A stretch of DNA of 64,000 nt from positions 37,976 through 101,975 of the forward strand of contig JBEKIX010000003.1 of the NCBI GenBank assembly GCA_050011535.1. The letters run 5' to 3'. Shown here piece after piece: positions 21,916-28,136 of the stretch. The notes beneath the pieces were generated by a model that saw only the letters and a program-made list of their open reading frames with translations, was not told the origin of the DNA and made no database searches. Source of the stretch: Acidobacteriota bacterium (GTDB taxonomy: Bacteria; Acidobacteriota; UBA6911). The position numbers and the translations under genes were made by a program. The number at the start of each line of letters is the position of its first letter. The stretch's first letter is position 1.

Positions 21916-22029
21916 TTATGCCTCTCCCCTTGCAACGGATTTCGACGGAACGGGGTCGAACCACAGCAAGTTGAATCATTGCTCCAAAATAACTCTCCAG
22001 GACTCGCCTGAAATCGGGCACTCCTCTAC

Positions 22030-22190
22030 TTTGCCAACTCTTCCTCGATTGTACGCAACTCGACGCCGGCGGTCATAGGCAATCGTGACCGCTTCCCTGG
22101 GGACTTTATGCTCCGGTTCATCGGAGAGGAAGTGGTTTTTTTGAAGTCGCAATTTGCGACTTCAAGACCTGGGCGTCGCTTGAGCAGGGA
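22030..22190 (+). pseudogene. Decayed third ORF6N gene (frameshifted, truncated)
   Basis: The plus strand reads NRDRFPGDFMLRFIGEEVVFLKSQFATSRPGRR (compare paralog 2 RNRDRFPEDFAFVLSSEEFANLMSQNATSSLGWGGRR). The upstream part (..LPRLYATRRRR..) is in another frame. There is no N-terminal or C-terminal continuation. Confidence 0.55.
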
Positions 22191-22267
22191 ATTGACAGCT
22201 CTGACCGACATTGCTATGCTCGCTTTGGATGTCGGAAATTCCGACTTTCAGAATTAACGGAGTTTTT

Positions 22268-22621
22268 ATGCCTCTTGTCAAAATGCAAAAGAAAGGCCAG
22301 CTTACCCTGCCCAGCCAAATCCGCAAGCGCCTAGGTTTGGCAGAAGGGGACTTTGTGGATGTGAAGATTCGCGCTGCTCATATTGTGGTTACTCCCCAAG
22401 TGGTGATCGACCGCTCAAAGTTTCCAACCGCTGACGATGAGTACACACCGGAGCAGCGGCGCATTATAGACGCGCGCTTGGCCAAGTCCGAGGAAGATCT
22501 CAAAAAGGGGCGCGTTTATGGTCCATTCGAGACTCATAAGGAGATGATGAAGTTTCTCCACAGCCAGACGAAGAAGGTCAAAGAGAAGGTTAAGACTAAG
22601 TTTCGGGGACAGGCGCCATAA
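22268..22621 (+). CDS. AbrB/MazE/SpoVT-type DNA-binding (antitoxin-like) protein, copy 1
   Basis: ATG at 22268. MPLVKMQKKGQLTLPSQIRKRLGLAEGDFVDVKI..HIVVTP is a SpoVT-AbrB swapped-hairpin motif. The last 7 codons and the stop lie inside the left arm of the 30-bp inverted repeat. Confidence 0.8.
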   Translation: MPLVKMQKKGQLTLPSQIRKRLGLAEGDFVDVKIRAAHIVVTPQVVIDRSKFPTADDEYTPEQRRIIDARLAKSEEDLKKGRVYGPFETHKEMMKFLHSQTKKVKEKVKTKFRGQAP

Positions 22622-22693
22622 CCTCGAAATATCACGGAAAGCATGTTCGTCGAATCGCAAGTAATTTCGAGGTTATGGCGCCTGTCCCCGAAA
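22601..22693. repeat. Perfect 30-bp inverted repeat with 33-nt spacer
   Basis: 22601-22630 TTTCGGGGACAGGCGCCATAACCTCGAAAT and 22664-22693 ATTTCGAGGTTATGGCGCCTGTCCCCGAAA are exact reverse complements. Confidence 0.95.
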
Positions 22694-22720
22694 TTCCCGC
22701 CCGATGAAAGCAGGCATACT

Positions 22721-23029
22721 ATGAGTGTCAGGATTACTCGATCCAACCGCAATGTCTTCCGTGACCTCGGATTCGATCTGGAAGAATCGGAGCACCTCAA
22801 GATCCGAGCGGATCTTATGATTCAGGTTCAGAAACAGATTGCGGCCGGTGGATACAGGCAGGCTGACGTGGCGAAGATGCTGAGCATAACCCAGCCTCGA
22901 GTGAGCGACCTTCTTCGCGGCCGGATCGACTTGTTCAGCACCGACACCCTGATCGACATGCTGGCGTGCCTGGGTGTCAGGGTGCGGCTAACGTTGAAAC
23001 CGACGCGCAGTGCCTGCAGAGTCGCGTGA
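22721..23029 (+). CDS. XRE-family HTH protein (HigA-like antitoxin type), no cognate toxin adjacent
   Basis: The ATG at 22721 gives 102 aa. NVFRDLGFDLEESEHLKIRADLMIQVQKQIAAGGYRQADVAKMLSITQPRVSDLLRGRIDLFSTDTLIDMLACLG matches the HTH_37-type antitoxin pattern. Confidence 0.8.
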   Translation: MSVRITRSNRNVFRDLGFDLEESEHLKIRADLMIQVQKQIAAGGYRQADVAKMLSITQPRVSDLLRGRIDLFSTDTLIDMLACLGVRVRLTLKPTRSACRVA

Positions 23030-23047
23030 TGGAAAGGCGGGAGATCT

Positions 23048-23075
23048 CGGGGACAGGCACCATAACCTCGAAATT
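23048..23075. repeat. Third copy of the 30-bp repeat arm (same orientation as the left arm)
   Basis: TCGGGGACAGGCACCATAACCTCGAAAT has 1 mismatch to 22603-22630 and is inverted relative to 22664-22693, so the XRE gene is bracketed by inverted copies. Confidence 0.9.
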
Positions 23076-23105
23076 CCGACTTTCAGAATTTACGGAGTTT
23101 TTTTT

Positions 23106-23530
23106 ATGGCTCTTGTCAAGATGCAAAAAAAGGCCAGCTTACCCTGCCCAGCCAAATCCGCAGCCGCTTAGATTTGCCGGAAGGGGATCTTGTGGACGTG
23201 AAGATTCGCGCTGCTCATATTGTGGTCACTCCCCAAGTGGTGATCGACCGCTCGAAGTTTCCAGCAGCTGACGACGAGTACACGCCCAAGCAGAGGCGCA
23301 TCATAGAAAGAGATTTGGACACCCACGAAGGGTGCGAAGTGAAAAGTGGGTGTCCAGGTCCTCCTCGGGCTGCTCAGAGGGCAATTCTCCGGGCCTGGTC
23401 GCCGAGGGTGCCGGAAATGCGTGGGGAAGGTCCGAGATGCTCAAAAACGTGTTGCGTCCGCTTTTTCCCTTTCGCGATCACCGAAGAAATGCGACGTAGA
23501 ATTATTTCTCGCTCTTCGTTGGCGTTATGA
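23106..23530 (+). pseudogene. AbrB/MazE-type gene, copy 2, frameshifted in an A7 homopolymer
   Basis: 23071-23305 is a roughly 88% identical (by eye) direct repeat of 22234-22468, including the 5' leader GAAATTCCGACTTTCAGAATT.ACGGAG. Copy 2 reads ATGCAAAAAAAGG versus ATGCAAAAGAAAGG, a 1-nt loss that leads to an in-frame TAG. The rest of the domain continues in the frame of ORF 23174..23530. Confidence 0.6.
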
Positions 23531-24269
23531 AGAGAAGCCTGCCAAGAGCCCCTACCACCTGCCCATCATCGCGGGTGATCGGCTTAAATCTCCATCTTCT
23601 GGCTGCCGCGAGGATCGCGTCAGCCGATATCCCTTCTTTAAATTCGCCATCTAGCCCGGCGCACAGCACCTTCCCGTTTTTATCAATCATGATCGCAACA
23701 TTTATGCAATACCCTTGCGGCGTATTGGGGGGCCATTTGGGAAAAACCTTTCGAACTGCACGCTGTTCCAATTCACTATGATTTAGGTAGAGCTGCGGGC
23801 CAGGCATCTCCTTGACAATATCGACATTCTTCAAGCACGGCAACGGAGCGAATAACGGAGGACCAAAGCTGTCACAATAGGTGCCTGGAGCGAAGCAGTC
23901 CATGTTACCGATAACTATCCTGCCGACATTTACCTCATGATCCTGGATGATGGTTATTCTTAATGCCCTCTGGGGGAAACCCTGGACCGTTACTATGAGA
24001 AGGTAATCGCCCTTAGGTAAACCGCTGATCCGTAGTATCCCATCCTTTGACGACTCGCCATGAAATGCGGCCGTTGTCGCAGGAATCGGCGTTAGCAGAA
24101 CAGTAGCGCCTTCTATAGGTTTTCCAAAGAGGTCCACAATCACCGCTCGGAGCGCACCGATTGATTGACACATCGCACCATTTGATTGTCCCCAAGACAT
24201 CATTACGGCAAAACATATCAGCTGCAAGATGGCTTTGAGGTAATGAAGCCGAGATAACGACAGTCTCAT
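23502..24269 (-). CDS. Secreted protein with carboxypeptidase-regulatory-like and TonB-C-like domains (candidate partner of the orphan Rhs-CT)
   Basis: The ATG at 24269 (MRLSLSRLHYLKAILQLICFAVMMSWG) gives a signal peptide. GKPIEGATVLL..SKDGILRISGLPKGDYLLIV is CarboxypepD_reg-like. PKWPPNTPQGYCINVAIMIDKNGKV...AILAAARRWRFKP is TonB_C-like. Starts 17 nt after the orphan toxin stop. Confidence 0.6.
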   Translation of the reverse strand: MRLSLSRLHYLKAILQLICFAVMMSWGQSNGAMCQSIGALRAVIVDLFGKPIEGATVLLTPIPATTAAFHGESSKDGILRISGLPKGDYLLIVTVQGFPQRALRITIIQDHEVNVGRIVIGNMDCFAPGTYCDSFGPPLFAPLPCLKNVDIVKEMPGPQLYLNHSELEQRAVRKVFPKWPPNTPQGYCINVAIMIDKNGKVLCAGLDGEFKEGISADAILAAARRWRFKPITRDDGQVVGALGRLLFITPTKSEK

Positions 24270-24285
24270 GATCAATCTCCTATGC

Positions 24286-25017
24286 CTAATGACTAAAACA
24301 ATTCTCAAAAATAGCCTTGTTATTCGCTTTCTCATTGTCATCGTGGTTTGGGTCATACTGGCCATCGTCTAGAAGGGCGCCGGTTATGTGACCCAGCTCG
24401 TGCAAAATAACAAAAGCCTGAAAGGCAAGGGGGTTATTTCCTCCAAATAATTGTGTCAAGTCCTGGCCATTGGCATTAGTTGGGTTAAAGAAATCTCCGT
24501 ACGCATTGATCGACACTTGTTGAGTGAAGGGATTCACATCTGCCTGCGTACCATTTGGAGCAGTCAATGGCAGGTAAAAGAAGGTCGTTGCATTGAGGGC
24601 TTTAGTTGGGTCAATGCCTTTCGAACCTAGGAGTTTCCCACAGTCCCCGGTTAATAAACTTAACCCCAGATTGAAAGCGTTATAGAACTGGGATTGCTGA
24701 TCGGATGTGACGTTGGCCCCAACCAAAAAGCCCTTGAACGGATTTACTGATCTTGGCGATGGCAGCGGCCCACCGGCCCCTCCCTGCGGTTCGTCTACGC
24801 CACCTCCGACGTATCCGAACGGTCCTTCTCCTTCAGCTGCTGGGTTCCAACCATAGATATCGAAATAATATGTTGTCGTCACGACCATCCATGTAGTCTT
24901 CCCAAGCGTGCCCCCTGCCAAACCGGCAGTAACTTCCTCGTAACTTATCGAAACAGACACGTACTCATCATCTCTGCCGTCCAGATCAATCCTATTTACC
25001 GGATCGTTTCTGACCTA
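24286..25017 (-). CDS. Orphan (displaced) Rhs C-terminal toxin cassette with HExxH metallopeptidase motif
   Basis: ORF 24286..24960 (GTG). Directly upstream and in frame is VRNDPVNRIDLDGRDDEY, preceded by a TAG at 25015-25017. This matches the core-end motif YVRNDPVNLVDPDGRE of the main Rhs gene. Further upstream, AYDETAAGI resembles YYDSRTIGI of the main gene. HELGH lies at 24388-24402. Confidence 0.65.
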
Positions 25018-25169
25018 AACAACGATCCCCGCCGCGGTTTCGTCGTAAGCATGCCCGCATCCCGGCCGCAGGTTTCGGCTTAGCTCGCCCTCGAGCCCGA
25101 TGCAAGGTGGTATTTTCAGGTTGATCCCCTGACGCGAGTTTTCCGTTAACGCTTCGGTCGTAGCCATGG

Positions 25170-25214
25170 GTTTTTCTTTAGCTGCCGGCGGCTATTGTGG
25201 CAGCTAAAAAGAAC
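25170..25214. repeat. Palindromic intergenic repeat, family B, copy 1
   Basis: GTTTTTCTTTAGCTGCC-ggcggctattgt-GGCAGCTAAAAAGAAC. Lies between the DUF2442 stop and the orphan Rhs-CT. Confidence 0.8.
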
Positions 25215-25267
25215 GGCAGATGAGCTTGTTTTCCATTTTGCCGATGGAATCCGAAGGGCGTGGCGGC

Positions 25268-25504
25268 TCAGTCGTGTTTTTTGAGAAGGCCGTTGACCGA
25301 TAGGTCTTCATCAATCAGTGGCCAGTGGATCCCGTAGCCACCGGGTGACAGCTCCGCAACCAGCCGCTCCTGCTCTGATGCGGCAGCCAGCGTATTGGAG
25401 CATTCTTCCCACGGAATCCGCAGGCGGCGCTGGCCAAGCACCAGAATCAGCGCGTCCGGGGTCACTTCGATGCCGGTAGCTGTGATCGGCTCAGTTGCTT
25501 GCAT
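25268..25504 (-). CDS. DUF2442 domain protein
   Basis: ATG at 25504. VTPDALILVLGQRRLRIPWEE...GGYGIHWPLIDEDLSVNGLL matches the DUF2442 pattern. Overlaps the upstream DUF4160 gene by 14 nt. Confidence 0.8.
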   Translation of the reverse strand: MQATEPITATGIEVTPDALILVLGQRRLRIPWEECSNTLAAASEQERLVAELSPGGYGIHWPLIDEDLSVNGLLKKHD

Positions 25505-25757
25505 TTCCTTTGTCCCCAAAACTCTTCTCCCATTCTCCCACAATCAAGTCAAAGTGGTCAAAAATGATCTTGCGCGCTTCCCGGCGCAGGCGCGGCGTCA
25601 GGTTATAGGACCATGCCTCCTCGATCTCATAGAGGTCGGGCCGCAGCCAGTACTTGCATTCGGTTTCCGCCTTGCGCGCGTGGATGTGAATCGGTTCATC
25701 GCCTTCGTTGGCGTAGAAGAAGAACCGCCATCCCTGAATCAGAAGTATCGTCGGCAT
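25491..25757 (-). CDS. DUF4160 domain protein
   Basis: 88-aa ORF. GWRFFFYANEGDEPIHIHARKAETECKYWL is the typical DUF4160 signature. Confidence 0.8.
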   Translation of the reverse strand: MPTILLIQGWRFFFYANEGDEPIHIHARKAETECKYWLRPDLYEIEEAWSYNLTPRLRREARKIIFDHFDLIVGEWEKSFGDKGNASN

Positions 25758-25779
25758 GCGGCTCGGTCCCCCCGTGCGC

Positions 25780-25827
25780 GTTTATTCTTTAGCCGCCGAC
25801 GGCCATTGTAGCAGCTAAAGAGGAAAC
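25780..25827. repeat. Palindromic intergenic repeat, family B, copy 2
   Basis: GTTTATTCTTTAGCCGCC-gacggccattgta-GCAGCTAAAGAGGAAAC. Arms GTTTATTCTTTAGC / GCTAAAGAGGAAAC match 12/14. Lies between DUF4926 and DUF4160. Confidence 0.8.
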
Positions 25828-25856
25828 CGTTGAAGTCGTTTTGCGACTGAGTGCGT

Positions 25857-26075
25857 TCAGGCCGTCTCGGCCGGTTCGTAATGCAGGACCAGCAGCTGGC
25901 TTGCCTGCAGCGCCAGGCCGGCAAAGGCGCGACCGTCGTTGTCCGTGAACTCGATCTCAAACACCTCGGGAGCCAATTCCTGGACGACGGTTCCGACCTG
26001 CCCGCGCCGCAGCTTGCGCTCACGCAGGGCCTCGATCAATGCCACGACATCAAGAAGTTTGATCCCCGCACTCAT
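25857..26075 (-). CDS. DUF4926 domain protein
   Basis: ATG at 26075. VVALIEALRERKLRRGQVGTVVQELAPEVFEIEFTDNDGRAFA matches the DUF4926 pattern. Confidence 0.75.
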   Translation of the reverse strand: MSAGIKLLDVVALIEALRERKLRRGQVGTVVQELAPEVFEIEFTDNDGRAFAGLALQASQLLVLHYEPAETA

Positions 26076-26089
26076 GATATTGACACCCT

Positions 26090-26119
26090 CGCCGCTATTG
26101 TAGCAGCTAAAGAAGAAAC
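26090..26119. repeat. Family B repeat, copy 3 (right half only)
   Basis: CGCCGCTATTGTAGCAGCTAAAGAAGAAAC, 15 nt upstream of the DUF4926 start. The left arm is absent. Confidence 0.7.
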
Positions 26120-26197
26120 CAGATCCGTTTTGGAACGCTGTTTCATTCTTCCTCTTCGTCATCGGCCCGATCGGGCGAAGAGAGCGGATCCTCGGGG

Positions 26198-26948
26198 AAA
26201 ATGGCGACGCTACCTATTTTGGCTTGACCTTCCTCGGCCGGCCAAGTGGTCTTGCCTCCAGTCTTCGGCCCAGCCTGGACTCCAGCTTGGCAATAAACTG
26301 CTTGCTGCCAATCGGCCGTCCAGTGCGCGTGCAGAGTCTGAGCCTGAGCAGCATCTTGTCATCTTCCTTTTCCGCAAGCCACGCAGCCCAGTCCTCAGCC
26401 CCTGGCGACCTTCGCTCCGGCAGTGGCGCCAGAACCGGATCGATGCGCCCGCCGCAATGAGCCGCGGCGCTGCTCCACGGGTAATGCTCTGCCTTCCGCA
26501 CCAGCCTTGCCCGTACGGGATTCCGTTCCACATACCGCATCGCCGCCCACAGATGCTCTTCATCCAGCGGGCAGGAATAATAACGCCCTTGCCACAAACG
26601 GCCGCTTATTCCCTGAACCCAATTGACGTGCTGGGCATAGCGCAGGTCCACAGGCTTAAACACGCGGGCGAGGGAATCGGCCCGAGCCGGCACACTGACA
26701 AAGTGGACATGGTCGGTCATCAGACAATAGGCCAGCGTTGCCAGGCCATGCTTGGCCGAGTATTCGAGGAGGAGCTGAAGATAGCGCTGACGGTCACCAT
26801 CGTCGAAGAACACATCTTCACGGCGATTGCCCCGTTGCGTCAGATGGTGAGGAAGTCCGGGCACAACGACCCTTGCCATTCGCGGCATGAGCTCATGGTA
26901 GCTACGCCACGCCCAATGTCAAGATAAATAGGGTAGCGTCCCCTATTT
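26198..26948 (-). mobile_element. RAYT gene flanked by inverted hairpins (REPtron-like unit)
   Basis: 26926-26948 is AAATAGGG-tagcgtc-CCCTATTT, 38 nt upstream of the start. 26198-26220 is AAAATGGC-gacgcta-CCTATTTT, the same hairpin in inverted orientation, overlapping the stop codon. Confidence 0.6.
26214..26888 (-). CDS. IS200-like / REP-associated tyrosine transposase (RAYT, HUH Y1 family)
   Basis: 224-aa ORF. HHLTQRGNRREDVFFDDGDR, HUH motif MTDHVHFV, catalytic-Tyr region GRLWQGRYYSCPLD, and YVERNPVRARLV. Confidence 0.85.
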   Translation of the reverse strand: MPRMARVVVPGLPHHLTQRGNRREDVFFDDGDRQRYLQLLLEYSAKHGLATLAYCLMTDHVHFVSVPARADSLARVFKPVDLRYAQHVNWVQGISGRLWQGRYYSCPLDEEHLWAAMRYVERNPVRARLVRKAEHYPWSSAAAHCGGRIDPVLAPLPERRSPGAEDWAAWLAEKEDDKMLLRLRLCTRTGRPIGSKQFIAKLESRLGRRLEARPLGRPRKVKPK

Positions 26949-26984
26949 TCCTATTTTCCAGTCATGTGGGGACACCGCTACCTT

Positions 26985-28094
26985 CTATCTCTGGACTCTT
27001 GACAGGACGTCGATCTGTTCCCAGTGGCAGCCCCTGTCCACTGAACGCATTAACCCTTTGTATGTTCCGACAAATAACACATTCGGTTGGGTGGGCACGA
27101 TTACGATGCTATGGACGGAACGTGCCTTAGTTATTCCGGTGTTTATGAGGATGCACCAAGTCTCCCCGCCATTCTCAGTACGCAAAATACCTTTGCTGGT
27201 GGCCACATAGACGCGATTCACATCAACCGGATCGATCGCAATACCCTCAACTTCAGTAGGCCATTCATCGAACAGCTTGGCGATGGCCTTCGTCTCTGCG
27301 GCCATTGTGCGAACGCGTGTCTTGCGGATCAAGTCATTCTGGCCGACAAGGTCCCAAATTTTTCCACCATCCACGCTCTTGAGAAGGCTGCCCATGGAGC
27401 CGGCGCCGTACATCACAGCCGGGTTTGATTGGCTGATTGCCAGCGTGTCAATGCCACCCGACGCGTACATGAACCTGAACGTATCTCCGCCATCGACAGA
27501 AACGAACATTCCCCCTCCATATTGCCAGCCCGGCAGGTCGCCAGCGATATAAAAGGTTAGCGGATCACGGGGGTGATAAAAAATGAGCCCCCCTTGCACC
27601 ATTCTCGTTCCGTAGCCCAAAAGGGCTTCTTTCATTCGTGTCCAGCTCTTTCCACCATCAGTCGATCTCTCGTCGTATGACTTCCTCTCGCGAAAAGAAA
27701 TCGTCCTATATTTGACCGAAGCATCGGCAGGATTTGGGGTCCACGGCAGAATTTCACCTTCTCTAAGAGGCTGAGTCTGCCAAGAACGAAGGTGCTCATA
27801 GAAGTTGTCAACACGCCATGTATCTCCTCCGTCTGCAGAATAGAGGAAGGCCCTCTTGTGGTCGCGATCGCCAACGGTCGCGACAACTGCTTTGTGATCC
27901 GACCTCAATTCCACGTCAACTCGGCCCGTCTCCAACTCGTCGGGAACCGGTGGCTCATCAAGAACTCGGTCAGCTCGAAGGTTTTCGCAGCAACCTTCGG
28001 TCGCTGGGGGCTGGCGCCCCCCACATGAAGGGACGAAGGATGAAACGACCAGGAAGTATATTAGGCGGCTTGATTTACCCACAAAGCTTCTCAC
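26985..28094 (-). CDS. BNR/Asp-box repeat beta-propeller lipoprotein
   Basis: 369-aa ORF with GTG start. Lipobox-like VPSCGG after a hydrophobic N-terminus. Repeated SxDxGxTW boxes: SADGGDTWRV, STDGGKSWTR, VSVDGGDTFRF, KSVDGGKIWDL, TENGGETWCI and SVDRGCHWEQ. Starts 42 nt after the Rhs stop. Confidence 0.75.
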   Translation of the reverse strand: MRSFVGKSSRLIYFLVVSSFVPSCGGRQPPATEGCCENLRADRVLDEPPVPDELETGRVDVELRSDHKAVVATVGDRDHKRAFLYSADGGDTWRVDNFYEHLRSWQTQPLREGEILPWTPNPADASVKYRTISFRERKSYDERSTDGGKSWTRMKEALLGYGTRMVQGGLIFYHPRDPLTFYIAGDLPGWQYGGGMFVSVDGGDTFRFMYASGGIDTLAISQSNPAVMYGAGSMGSLLKSVDGGKIWDLVGQNDLIRKTRVRTMAAETKAIAKLFDEWPTEVEGIAIDPVDVNRVYVATSKGILRTENGGETWCILINTGITKARSVHSIVIVPTQPNVLFVGTYKGLMRSVDRGCHWEQIDVLSRVQR

Positions 28095-28136
28095 GATACT
28101 TAGCTCCGTATTTGCCCGAGGCTGTGCGCGTTGAGG

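Noticed and set aside
21916-22000. tRNA-like fragment (GGGGTCGAACCAC resembles a T-arm)
   Set aside because: No complementary T-stem, acceptor stem or anticodon arm could be folded on either strand.
22026-22211. 61-aa minus-strand ORF (..LEVANCDFKK..)
   Set aside because: It is the antisense reading of the ORF6N pseudogene. The LEVANCDF segment is simply the palindrome read backwards.
25170-26119. Integron gene cassettes with attC sites
   Set aside because: Small same-strand cassettes separated by palindromes look integron-like. However, the repeats lack the R''(RYYYAAC)/R'(GTTRRRY) core sites, starting GTTT.. and ending ..AAAC instead. No intI integrase or attI is present. An adjacent RAYT makes a REP-type explanation more economical.
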